A stretch of DNA of 64,000 nucleotides from an uncultured Acidimicrobiaceae bacterium (GCA_963829265.1 CAWHIB010000010.1:216028-280027); one strand, 5' to 3'. Numbered from the stretch's first letter, positions 53,955 through 62,741 are shown. The notes: generated by a model from the letters alone, not told the origin. Numbers and translations: made by a program.

Positions 53955-54494
53955 TCAGTGATCCAGCGCATAGGTTTCGATCCACGTGGCAACCGCTCCA
54001 ATGTCGACGGGTCCCGTGGTGTCAACCTCGACCAAGAGGGCATTCGGCAAGTCCAGCGGAGTCGGTACGTCGTTCATCCACCGCTCGATGACCTGGTCAC
54101 TCTGATGCTCAGGGAGGTGACCAGGATGCCTGCCTAGATCGTCGATGCGCCTGCGGTATCGCTCCGCAGCAACGTCGACGGGGCATCGACAGTAGATCTG
54201 TGCGATCCGCCGATTGAGAGCCTGTAGTTCGGTTTCGGCGATTCCTCGCCGGAAGTGGGCTTCGAGAATCACTTGCGGAATCTTTGCCGCCAAGGAGTAC
54301 ATGACAACGTGGCCCGCCCGGCCCAGTCGTTGAGACCACTCCAAGTCTCCGGTTCCGAGGGCGTCAAAGAGAGCTTCCTTGACGACATCCTTGGAGATGA
54401 GAGGCCATCCAAGTTGAGTGCTGAGTGCAGTCGCCAAGGTCGTCTTGCCCGAGGCAGGAATGCCTGTGACGACAACCACCACGTCCTCATCCAT
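53955..54494 (-). CDS. P-loop kinase-like AAA family ATPase
   Basis: Intact 179-aa ORF with Walker A VTGIPASGKTTLA. Its size and layout resemble small-molecule or nucleotide kinases. Confidence 0.7.
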   Translation of the reverse strand: MDEDVVVVVTGIPASGKTTLATALSTQLGWPLISKDVVKEALFDALGTGDLEWSQRLGRAGHVVMYSLAAKIPQVILEAHFRRGIAETELQALNRRIAQIYCRCPVDVAAERYRRRIDDLGRHPGHLPEHQSDQVIERWMNDVPTPLDLPNALLVEVDTTGPVDIGAVATWIETYALDH

Positions 54495-54534
54495 CCCATG
54501 ATCATGGCAGCTGGAATGCCTCGCTCGACTGGGA

Positions 54535-54565
54535 GTGCGCCCCGCTCCCGGCGATCGGGGGCACC
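54535..54565 (+). repeat. island repeat copy (consensus-like)
   Basis: GTGCGCCCCGCTCCCGGCGATCGGGGGCACC. Confidence 0.9.
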
Positions 54566-54717
54566 TTGAATTGAATAGCGAGGCGGCGCGGGGTGCTGGC
54601 CGAAATCATCCATGAGAGCGGAACTTGGTTCGCTACTCCTATTCCGATCGCACTCCTGTTGGACTTGGAGCACTCATCGGATCCCTCTGGACCCGGCGTC
54701 GTGAGCAGGAAAGGTAG

Positions 54718-54743
54718 CCGCTCACCGGGCGATCGGGGGCAGC
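54718..54743 (+). repeat. island repeat copy (5'-divergent)
   Basis: CCGCTCACCGGGCGATCGGGGGCAGC, lying 14 nt upstream of the ECF sigma ORF. Confidence 0.75.
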
Positions 54744-54756
54744 GCCCTGAGGCGAC

Positions 54757-55336
54757 GTGACACACTTTCCGTTGAGCGGTCATATACAGAGTGTGAACAG
54801 ATGGACGGACCAGTCGGACGCCGAGTTGTTGGTCCTCGACGACCCTGACGCCTTCGCCGAGCTCTACGACCGACACGTAGGCCAGATCCTCGCCTGGTCG
54901 AGGGCCCGGGTGGGTGACTATGACGCCGATCTGACCGCCGAGGTCTTTGCGGCGGCGTGGCATAGCCGAAAGCGCTTCCGAGACCTGCATGATGGCTCTG
55001 CACTTCCGTGGCTCTATGGCATCGCTCACAATCTGTTTCGGTCATCGCTGCGCAAGCGCAGGGTCGAGTACGGCGCTCGGGAGCGTCTGGGTCTCCCGAT
55101 CACCGTCATGCATGCCGACTTGGAGGCCGTGGACGACCGCTTGTCGTTTCCCTCGGCCGTCCTTCGAGCAGTCGCGGACCTCCCTGACTCGGAGCGCGAG
55201 CTACTGGTTCTGCGCTTGGTCGAGGAACAGCCCTATAAGGAGATCGCCCAGCACCTCCAATGCACTCCTGTCGCAGCCCGCCTGCCGCGTCTCTCGATCG
55301 CTTCGACGTCTCCATCTCGCCCTAGGAGGGTTCTGA
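54757..55336 (+). CDS. ECF-type RNA polymerase sigma-70 factor, probable frameshift in region 4
   Basis: Region 2 is FAELYDRHVGQILAWSRARVGDYDADLTAEVFAAAW and region 4 is LPDSERELLVLRLVEEQPYKEIAQHLQCTPVAAR. The recognition-helix continuation RVSRSLRRLHLAL lies in the +1 frame (ORF 54947..55336), with a switch near 55275. Confidence 0.75.
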
Positions 55337-55337
55337 C

Positions 55338-56141
55338 ATGACCATGCTTCCTGAACTCGAGTCATACCGCCACGAGCTGCGCGCAGCCGTCGAGGCGGAT
55401 CTGGTTAGCCAACGAGATCGCCGGCGCCATCTCCGGCGAGCGGTTGCGATCGGCACCCCGGCAGTGCTGTCCGCGTTTGGTCTCAGCCTCGCTCTCGTGC
55501 TCGGAGGTGGAGGTAAGCCGAGTTCTGCGGACGCAGCGATACTCACATCCGCACAAAGCGCGCTCACCCCTCCGCCCAATACCGTGTTTCACGTCGCGGC
55601 CTCGATCGCTGTGGGGTCGAGTCCGGGCCAGCACTACGAACTGTGGACCGCTGGTTCCTCGTATCGGTTCATCAAGTTCGGCTACGAGGCTGCGTGGAAC
55701 GGATCGACGATGTCCAGCTATGACGCCGCTACCAACACGATGTACGTCGGGATCTACAGCCCTCAGAACCACGGGCCGGTCGACACCGCCGCCGCCATCC
55801 GCTCCCTCATCGCGTCAGGCCAGGCGCAAGTCGCTGGTTCGGCAGTCGTCGACGGGGTCCCCGCCTACGTCTTGTCATTGTCAGGTCAACCTTCTGGCAG
55901 TGGGCTTGCCAATGCGACCTATGACGTGGCCAAGAGCGACTACCACCCGCTGCTCATTCAGGGGATGACGGTGTGTCAGCAGGGACCGTGCTCAGAGACC
56001 GTCCAGTTCCAGACCTACGAGTACCTGCCCGAAAGTCCCGCCAATCTCTCCCTGCTCGATCTGAGGGCACAACACCCAGGGGCGACCGTGGTGAATGCAA
56101 ACGGAGTCCCCGGTGTCGGGACCTCGTTCGGTAGCGATTGA
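55338..56141 (+). CDS. single-pass membrane protein downstream of the ECF sigma (putative anti-sigma/partner)
   Basis: GGAGGG RBS plus ATG at 55338. It has a cytoplasmic helix, a TM segment (AVAIGTPAVLSAFGLSLALVLGG) and an extracytoplasmic beta-rich domain. There is no recognisable zinc anti-sigma motif. Confidence 0.6.
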   Translation: MTMLPELESYRHELRAAVEADLVSQRDRRRHLRRAVAIGTPAVLSAFGLSLALVLGGGGKPSSADAAILTSAQSALTPPPNTVFHVAASIAVGSSPGQHYELWTAGSSYRFIKFGYEAAWNGSTMSSYDAATNTMYVGIYSPQNHGPVDTAAAIRSLIASGQAQVAGSAVVDGVPAYVLSLSGQPSGSGLANATYDVAKSDYHPLLIQGMTVCQQGPCSETVQFQTYEYLPESPANLSLLDLRAQHPGATVVNANGVPGVGTSFGSD

Positions 56142-56180
56142 TTTAGCCTCCACGTCTGGGTCGGTCGGATCGCTAGGTAT

Positions 56181-56208
56181 GGCTCCCAGAGCCGGTGCGG
56201 GGGCAGTC
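56181..56208 (+). repeat. island repeat copy (long-loop variant)
   Basis: GGCTCCCAGAGCCGGTGCGGGGGCAGTC, with stem GCTCCC/GGGGGC. Confidence 0.65.
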
Positions 56209-56904
56209 TCAGACTCGCCTAAGGCAGGTGTATGCCCCGTAGGCGGACCGGACGAACGACCGATCAACGACCTCAAAGCCGACCTTGTCGAGCATCCGCT
56301 CGAAGAGCCAGCTATACGTACTGAACTCGCCTCGAATGTGCGCAGCAAGTTCACTCGCGGTGAAGCCAACGGCGGGGTCCGATACCGCTCCGCCCATCCA
56401 CGCTTCGATCCTTTCGTCCGCCTCCGACGGGTCGAAGTCGAAGATCAGGTCGCGGATCCGGGCGATCCCACCAGGCCGGAGCATCGAAGCCATGCGTTCC
56501 AGCGCAGCGACCTTCCAGTAATCCGGCAACTGGTGGAGAGCGTTCCGGGTAAAGATCACATCCGCGTGGTCCCTTTGCTGCTCGAAGCTCAGGAAACCCG
56601 CATGGACGACGCTCACATTCGTCACCCCGAGTTCGCTGGCCTTGCGGCGAAGGAACTCAACCATGGCGCTGGAAATGTCGACGGCGAAGACCTCATTGCA
56701 GTACCGAGACGCCGCAAACGAGAAGGCACCCGTGCCAGCGCCAAGGTCGATCACGACTGAGTGCTCGCTCATGCCCGCAGCGAGGAGGAGGTCGATGTCC
56801 TCAGTCGGATCGAACTGAGCCTTTCTGTCGTAGGTGGCGACGTAGTCAGCCTGCAGGTGTTCAGCGCCTGCGTACAGCTGCTCATCTGGGTGCCAGGACT
56901 CCAT
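56209..56904 (-). CDS. class I SAM-dependent methyltransferase
   Basis: Lies within ORF 56209..56970 from M23 (MESWHPDEQ). Motif I is VIDLGAGTG. Confidence 0.8.
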   Translation of the reverse strand: MESWHPDEQLYAGAEHLQADYVATYDRKAQFDPTEDIDLLLAAGMSEHSVVIDLGAGTGAFSFAASRYCNEVFAVDISSAMVEFLRRKASELGVTNVSVVHAGFLSFEQQRDHADVIFTRNALHQLPDYWKVAALERMASMLRPGGIARIRDLIFDFDPSEADERIEAWMGGAVSDPAVGFTASELAAHIRGEFSTYSWLFERMLDKVGFEVVDRSFVRSAYGAYTCLRRV

Positions 56905-56934
56905 GAGGCCGATTGTCTCAGAGTTCACCGCCCA

Positions 56935-56974
56935 GTGAGTGCCGCCCCGCTCCCGGCATGGGGCAGGCACTCAC
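56935..56974 (+). repeat. island repeat copy with extra perfect 9-bp outer inverted repeat
   Basis: GTGAGTGCC-GCCCCGCTCCCGGCATGGGGCA-GGCACTCAC. Confidence 0.9.
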
Positions 56975-57192
56975 CGGTCCGCTTGGTCGGTGAGATCACT
57001 CAGAATCGCAGCCCGTTTCCTTGCCTCGTGTGAGGCCAGTTCCACTGGATCACCGAACGAAGTGACGGCCTTGATGTGAACGGATGAACCCTGCTCGAGC
57101 CAGAGCTGGACATCGTCCACGTGGTGGACGTTTGGCTTTGAGGCGTCAGTCATCCCACCCTCTGATGGCAGCTCAGAGTCGGAGGTCGCCAT
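56971..57192 (-). CDS. hypothetical small acidic protein (73 aa)
   Basis: Intact ORF between two island repeats. I recognised no family. Confidence 0.4.
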   Translation of the reverse strand: MATSDSELPSEGGMTDASKPNVHHVDDVQLWLEQGSSVHIKAVTSFGDPVELASHEARKRAAILSDLTDQADR

Positions 57193-57230
57193 CTACGAAT
57201 CATGTCACCGTCCAGCATCCCGGATGTTCA

Positions 57231-57267
57231 GGAGTGTGCCGCACTCCCGGTGATATGGGGCAGTCAT
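57231..57267 (+). repeat. island repeat copy (variant with alternative 5' hairpin)
   Basis: GGAGTGTGCCGCACTCCCGGTGATATGGGGCAGTCA. Confidence 0.8.
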
Positions 57268-57282
57268 GGCGGACGGCAAGCC

Positions 57283-57633
57283 CTATTGAACGGAAACCTT
57301 CCCGCCCATTTCGGTCACCTTGCCACGGCGGAGCGGAAATACCTTGGTCAACAGTCGGAAGCCCGCATCAAGGCCTGGGACCTTGGCGAAGGCACCCTGC
57401 GGACCGAGGGTCATGCGACCCGTCGAGACGTCGTACTTTGCGCCGTGCCAGGGGCATACAAGGCAACCCTCTTCATCGAGTGAACCTTCAGCGAGATCGG
57501 CGCGAAGGTGGCGGCAACGCCGACTCACAGCGAATAGTTCGCCTCCGGAGTTCCCCACGGCATAGTGGCCTGCGCCTCGAATGACGCCGGGTTGCAGTTC
57601 CGCAACGGTTCCCACTTCGACTTCTTCACTCAT
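57283..57633 (-). CDS. Rieske (2Fe-2S) domain protein
   Basis: GGGAGGG RBS plus ATG at 57633 (MSEEVEVG). The cluster ligands are CRH...CPWHG. Confidence 0.85.
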   Translation of the reverse strand: MSEEVEVGTVAELQPGVIRGAGHYAVGNSGGELFAVSRRCRHLRADLAEGSLDEEGCLVCPWHGAKYDVSTGRMTLGPQGAFAKVPGLDAGFRLLTKVFPLRRGKVTEMGGKVSVQ

Positions 57634-57778
57634 GGTGACCCTCCCGGTCCCTGTCAGAACCTTAGGCACACATGGAGCCCAATGTCTCTAAGTGCTCAAT
57701 CCAGGTGGTTCGGGACGCCCGGTACGAGCCGGAATAGTTCGGTTGCCGTTGTTCCGCTGTCTCGCGTAGCTTGTGCGT

Positions 57779-58147
57779 ATGTCGAACATACGTTTGGGAT
57801 CCATAGCGCTGGATTGTGCCGACCCGGGCCAGCTCAGCACCTTCTGGGCTGACTTGCTCGGAGGCGAGGTTGCATTTTCTAATGAGGATTTTGCCGCCGT
57901 GAAGATTGATCGAATGTGGCTGGCCGCCACTCGGGTCGAGGCCTACGCGGCTCCGACGTGGCCGGAGGGCCTGGTGCCCAAACAGGTGCACCTTGACTTG
58001 GCTGTCGATGATCTTGACCTCGCTGAGGAGCGGGCAACTTCGCTCGGTGCCGTTCGAGCGGAGACGCAGCCGGCACCCAACCGCTACCTCGTGCTGATTG
58101 ATCCTGCCGGTCACCCATTCTGCTTGTCGACGCAGATTCCCGATTGA
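57779..58147 (+). CDS. VOC family protein (glyoxalase-like domain)
   Basis: MSNIRLGSIALDCADPGQLSTFWADLLGG ... HLDLAVDDLD ... IDPAGHPFCL. It is divergent from the Rieske gene. Confidence 0.8.
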   Translation: MSNIRLGSIALDCADPGQLSTFWADLLGGEVAFSNEDFAAVKIDRMWLAATRVEAYAAPTWPEGLVPKQVHLDLAVDDLDLAEERATSLGAVRAETQPAPNRYLVLIDPAGHPFCLSTQIPD

Positions 58148-58174
58148 TCGTTGACCACACCCGTTCGCCGATGT

Positions 58175-58200
58175 CTCACCGACCCATTGTAGGGGGCAGG
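58175..58200 (+). repeat. island repeat copy (variant)
   Basis: CTCACCGACCCATTGTAGGGGGCAGG. It resembles both the 54718 and the 53674 copies. Confidence 0.6.
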
Positions 58201-58203
58201 GGG

Positions 58204-58452
58204 TCAGATCGGTTCGCCGGTCCAACGTGGCCCGTCCTCGGTGACCCACACTTTCGTGTGAGGCAACACCTTCATCAGGGCGAGAGGGGCGGAGTCCGAG
58301 TCGGTTCGAGCGAAGTCGGCGGGCTCTAGGAGAAAGACCTCCTCGGTCGAGTCGATAGTGACGGCACGTCGGCAGCCGTGAATGTCGAACCGAGCGAGTA
58401 CGGCGAGAACATCCCTCCGAGCGAGTGGATTCATTGACCAGAGGGTAGCCAC
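58204..58452 (-). CDS. hypothetical small protein (76-82 aa)
   Basis: Intact ORF with an alternative start MNPLARRD at 58434. I recognised no family. Confidence 0.4.
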   Translation of the reverse strand: MATLWSMNPLARRDVLAVLARFDIHGCRRAVTIDSTEEVFLLEPADFARTDSDSAPLALMKVLPHTKVWVTEDGPRWTGEPI

Positions 58453-58477
58453 AAGGACCGGGCCACCTCATCTGCCT

Positions 58478-58506
58478 GCTCCGCCTAACCGGTGTCAGGG
58501 GACAGC
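58478..58506 (+). repeat. island repeat copy (weak variant)
   Basis: GCTCCGCCTAACCGGTGTCAGGGGACAGC. Confidence 0.4.
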
Positions 58507-58548
58507 AGCGGACGCCGCCGAGTCACCGATCGATCGGACGTGCGATTT

Positions 58549-58587
58549 GGCCACCCGCCAGCACTAGCTGTTCACCGACGGGTGGCC
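58549..58587 (-). terminator. stem-loop 10 nt downstream of the repeat-protein stop codon (candidate intrinsic terminator)
   Basis: GGCCACCCG ... CGGGTGGCC forms a 9-bp perfect stem, with an inner CAGC/GCTG pairing. There is no clear U-tract. Confidence 0.35.
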
Positions 58588-58596
58588 AAGCAACAC

Positions 58597-59943
58597 TCAG
58601 ACGGAGATGCCCACGACGTCGGTGACAGAGACGCCGTCTCCAGGAAGACTTCCGTAGTACGGAACATTGAAGGCGAAGATGCCACCGTCATTGGCGATCA
58701 GCCAGTAACCGGTGCCTGCCGAGTTGGCTGCCATGCCGACGATCGGTTGGTTCAGCGAGATGTTGCCCGTCGAGCCGTGGAATCCTGCATTCCCGTAGGC
58801 GAAAATTCCGCCGTCGGACGCCACGAACCAGTAGCCCTGGCCATTGGGGGTCGGCGTCATCCCGACAACCGGCTTGTTGAGGTTGATGTTCCCGGTGGAT
58901 CCCAAGAACGGCGCATTCCCGAACACGAAGATCCCGCCGTCGGACGCCACGAGCCAGTAGCCCCCCGTGGGGTTGGGTGCCATGCCGACAATCGGCTTGT
59001 TCAGCGTGGCCCCACCCATCGAGCCTCGGAACGCCGCATCACCGAACGCGAAGATTCCTCCGTCCGAGGCCACCAGCCAGTAGCCCTTGCCGTCGGAGGT
59101 CGCGGCCATCCCGACGATGGGTCTGTTGAGCACGATGTTCCCGGTCGAGCCGTAGAAGCCGGTGTCGCCGAAGCTGAAGATGCCGCCGTCGGACGCAACC
59201 ATCCAGTACCCGCCACCGTCGGCCGTCTGGGCCATGCCGACGATCGGCTTGTTCAGCGGGGTGGCGGACAGGTCGCCCAGATAGGTCAGAAAGGCGTCGT
59301 TCCCGTACGGGCTGAGGAGGCCGTTCGACTCGTAGGAGTAGTAGCCCTGGTGCGGGGTCGACGGGGTGATGTTGTACCCGAGGGCTCCCCAGACGAGACT
59401 GAACCCGTCACTCGAGGCGCAGGTGAACCGGATGCCGTAGGAGTTGACCGAGGGACCGCTCGTCGTCAACTGGTCGAACTCGAACGAACCGCTCCCCTGC
59501 AGGACGCCGACGCTGTAATTGCCGGCACTGCAGCTGCTGAAGTTGCCAGTGATGCCGAGAGTGAGCTGAGCGGAGGTCTGGTAGACGACCCCCGGCACCA
59601 ACGGCTGTCCCGTCTGGTTGCTTATGCCGACGTTCACGAGGCTGCCTGAACTGTGGACACGAATCGAGAACTCTCCGGGCGACGAAGCGGTGGAGCCGAG
59701 GTCCTCGACCGAACCAGGGTCGTACACGGAGTCCCCGTACGCATCGACGGTCTGGATCCAGCCGGTGCTCATCGGCGGCACAGTGTTGTGCGTCACCGGG
59801 TGCCGGCCGTCGGTGGTCGCCACCGCATGGGGAACGAGGCTAACGGGATGGGACGAGGCTCCTGCCGTGCTTCCGCCGAGAATAAGGAGGGTCATCGGAA
59901 CGGCGGCCGCGCACAGGATCCGCCCGATGGTGTGAGTTCGCAT
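58597..59943 (-). CDS. secreted protein with six tandem repeats of about 41 aa (GYWLVASDGGIFAFG-type), probable beta-propeller
   Basis: The signal peptide starts at M16 (MRTHTIGRILCAAAVPMTLLILGGSTAGASS). The C-terminal half has repeats G-Y-W-[LMF]-V-A-S-D-G-G-I-F-x-[FY]-G-x-A-x-F-x-G-S-x-G-x-x-x-L-N-x-P-[IV]-V-G-M. Confidence 0.75.
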   Translation of the reverse strand: MRTHTIGRILCAAAVPMTLLILGGSTAGASSHPVSLVPHAVATTDGRHPVTHNTVPPMSTGWIQTVDAYGDSVYDPGSVEDLGSTASSPGEFSIRVHSSGSLVNVGISNQTGQPLVPGVVYQTSAQLTLGITGNFSSCSAGNYSVGVLQGSGSFEFDQLTTSGPSVNSYGIRFTCASSDGFSLVWGALGYNITPSTPHQGYYSYESNGLLSPYGNDAFLTYLGDLSATPLNKPIVGMAQTADGGGYWMVASDGGIFSFGDTGFYGSTGNIVLNRPIVGMAATSDGKGYWLVASDGGIFAFGDAAFRGSMGGATLNKPIVGMAPNPTGGYWLVASDGGIFVFGNAPFLGSTGNINLNKPVVGMTPTPNGQGYWFVASDGGIFAYGNAGFHGSTGNISLNQPIVGMAANSAGTGYWLIANDGGIFAFNVPYYGSLPGDGVSVTDVVGISV

Positions 59944-60294
59944 GGCGGCACAGTAGCCAATCCCAGGAACGAGTGAGTGACCGTTCATGCAAGAACTCTT
60001 CGGATCAGACCTATCGGTGATTTAACAGCGTCTCAACCGACGTCCGGTGGCGCGGAACAAGCTTCGTGGGACTTTTGGACGTCTTGCATTCTCCACCACG
60101 AAATGCAATGGCCATGAGGATTGTCTGTCCTCCGGGGGATGTGCGGTGGAATCGAAGCTCCAGGGACGACCTACCTCGATCCACCGATTGAACGGGTGAT
60201 CTGAAGGCCGCGCATCCGCGGAAAGTGCCTCCCTGCCTGGGAAAATAGCGGTGTCGAAGACACTGATTCACACCAGAACCAGGAGGCACTTCCA

Positions 60295-61629
60295 GTGGGT
60301 TCATCATCGCGCAGCATCGACCGGATTGCCGTGACCTTCGACGAGCCCACGTTGGTGGCCGACGCCGGGCTGGTGGTGCCGGCCACCCTCATGGTCCGCC
60401 TGGGCCTGGAGTCCCTCGTGAACCAGATGGTGCGGCTGCGTGGCCGTGTCGGTGGAGCTCATCCCGGCCGCAAGGTGCTGACGCTGGTGACGGCGATCCT
60501 GGCCGGGGCATCCCACATCGACCACGCCGATCGACTGCGGGCCGGGGCGACCGGCCGGGTGCTGCCCTTCCGGGTGATGGCCCCGTCCACGTTGGGCACG
60601 TTCCTGCGGTCGTTCACCTTCGGCCACGTCCGCCAGCTGGACGCGGTGATCGCCGAGACGATCCGAGGGCGTGGTCGCTCGGGGCCGGTCCGGGGAACGA
60701 GGCCATGACCATCGACCTCGACTCGACCATCGTCGAGGTCCACGGCAAGCAGAAGCATGGTGCCGCGTTTGGCTACACCAGGGTGCTCGGCTACCACCCC
60801 CTCCTCGCCACCCGGGCGGGAACCGGCGAGGTGCTCCACGCCCGCCTGCGCAAGGGCTCCTCCCAGCGGGGCACCAAGCGCTTCTGCGAGGAACTCATCG
60901 CCCGGGTGCGGCGGGCCGGGGCCAGCGGCGCCCTCACCCTCCGGGCCGACTCGGGGTTCTTCAGCTGGGACCTGCTCGCCATCCTCGACCGGCTCTCGGT
61001 GACCTGGTCGATCACCGTGCACCAGAATGCCAGCGTGCAGGCGGTGATCGCCGCCATTCCCGAGGATGCCTGGGTGCGACATCACCTACCCGGACGGCGG
61101 TGCCGCCCAGGTGGCGGAGACCATTTACGTGACCGGTGGAGGCAAGACCAAGCGGGCCGAGCGTCGGGTCCGCCTGGTCGTTCGCCGCACCCGGCTCACC
61201 GATCGGGTGCAGCGACAGCTCTGGCCCGACTGGCGTCACCACGCCTTTGTGACCAACCTCGAACTGGATGCGGTCGAGGCCGACCGGTTCCACCGGGCCC
61301 ACGCCACCGTCGAGCTCGCCATCCGGGATCTGAAGGAAGGAGCCGGCCTCGAGCACTGCCCGTCAGGGCGGTTCTTCGCCAACGCCGCATGGCTCGGGTG
61401 CGCGGTGCTCGCCCACAATCTGATTCGCTGGACCGCTTCCCTCGGCGGAGTCCACACCGACGATCGGCTGACGGTCGCCTCGACGGTCCGCTTCCGGATG
61501 CTCACCGTTCCTGGGCGCCTCGTCCATCCTGGTGGCCGACCCGTCCTCCGTCTTCCCGAACGCTGGCCATGGGCGCAGTCGTTCACCACCGCCTTGTCGA
61601 ACCTGCGTGCCCTGCCGCTCGTCACCTGA
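60295..61629 (+). mobile_element. IS1380-family DDE transposase, two frameshifts (decayed copy); element ends not defined
   Basis: ORF 60295..60708 has IAVTFDEPTLVADAGLVVPATLMVRLGLE. ORF 60705.. has MTIDLDSTIVEVHGKQKHGAAFGYTRVLGYHPLLA and LRADSGFF. ORF 61066..61629 has HHAFVTNL...ADRFHRAHATVELAIRDLKEGAGLEHCPSGRFFANAAWL. The frame switches near 60700 and 61075. Confidence 0.8.
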
Positions 61630-62387
61630 GCAACGACCCCGTGGCTGGCGCAGCCGCAGACGACTTCACCCGTGCGCTGACAACCGACGACCATCACGAG
61701 GCCTTGGGCGATCACGTCCTCGATCGGCTGCGCCCTGCCAGCTTGGACGTAATCAATGCCGCCTCAGGTGAGCGTGCCACTCCTGCAGTCGGTCGGTGGA
61801 AGTGGTTGGTGGTTCTTGGATTCGTCACCGGCACGATTGGCGGAATCGTGATCGCACAGGCGCTGTCGACGCCAGGCCAAGGAACATTTCCCTATGCCAT
61901 AGGAATCGTGGTGATGCTGAGGTGCGTCGGGTTGGTGGTAGTAGCAAGGGTCTTCCACCGACGTGCTCACGGGCTTTAGTTCGGGGGTGCGCCGGACACC
62001 GCAGCTAGGACTCCATGGGTCCTGCAAGTGGCAGAGCGGGGCAGCTCGTGGAGGGCAAGCGGACATGTCCATGGGGTACCGCCGTGCCGGTGTTTGGGGA
62101 GATGTTGCTCTGGCTCGCTCCATCGGATCCCTGCCAAGGAAGCCGGGCCTGGGCGTGAGAGCCGCATGGATGAGCCATCTCTGAGCGGCAGTGGACAGAG
62201 CAGAATTCTCAGCCAATTCCAAGGTTTGTAATCCAAAAGTAACATGTGTTTCAGCCCCGTCACATTTGAACTCGAAATGTCACGAATACATGAGGCGATT
62301 CTTACCGATCCTTCATTCTGGCGTCATGTTCGGTGTCCAGAATGGAGTTGAAAGGAGAACGCAAGCCTCGCCGACGGTGCTTGTTAA

Positions 62388-62741
62388 ATGGATATGTCCA
62401 CTGCATTCGTTATCACTATCCCTCTAATGCTCCTCGCAGTTGGGGTGGCCGTAGCCCCGGTACTCGTGGTGAGCATCCGTGAGCATCGACTCTCGACGGG
62501 GCAGCGTTCACGGCACGAGGTGTCTGCACCTCGTGTACCTGCTCGGACCTCTCCATCGGTGGTCGAACAAGACGCCGAAGCCCGAGCTGCTGTCATTGTG
62601 TTGGAGGAAGCGACGATTGCAGTCAATCGTCTGCGGGCCCGACGGGACGGAGCGACCAATGCGGACGTCGATGAGAGCCTCCGCCTAGCAAGCGTTGACC
62701 TGCGCCGTGCATTGGTTTCGCTCGGAGACGTGGGCCGCTAG
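62388..62741 (+). CDS. hypothetical small membrane protein (117 aa)
   Basis: It has an N-terminal TM segment (FVITIPLMLLAVGVAVAPVLVV) and a helical C-terminus. An AGGAG-like sequence (aaaggagaa) lies upstream at 62351-62359. Confidence 0.45.
   Translation: MDMSTAFVITIPLMLLAVGVAVAPVLVVSIREHRLSTGQRSRHEVSAPRVPARTSPSVVEQDAEARAAVIVLEEATIAVNRLRARRDGATNADVDESLRLASVDLRRALVSLGDVGR

Noticed and set aside
57633-57779. The Rieske and VOC genes as a dedicated aromatic ring-cleavage operon.
   Set aside because: These are only two small divergent genes. There is no oxygenase alpha subunit, reductase or extradiol dioxygenase-sized VOC, so a pathway call is not justified.
60200-61760. Terminal inverted repeats and target-site duplication of the IS1380 element.
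   Set aside because: I compared both flanks by eye and found only weak similarity (cag..cttc..acc). That is not enough to define the element ends.
61790-61979. A two-TM open frame downstream of the IS1380 transposase (…WKWLVVLGFVTGTIGGIVIAQALSTPGQGTFPYAIGIVVMLRCVGLVVVARVFHRRAHGL).
   Set aside because: It has no clear start codon or RBS and is continuous with an out-of-frame read-through of the transposase ORF. It may be a gene remnant but is not supportable as a CDS.
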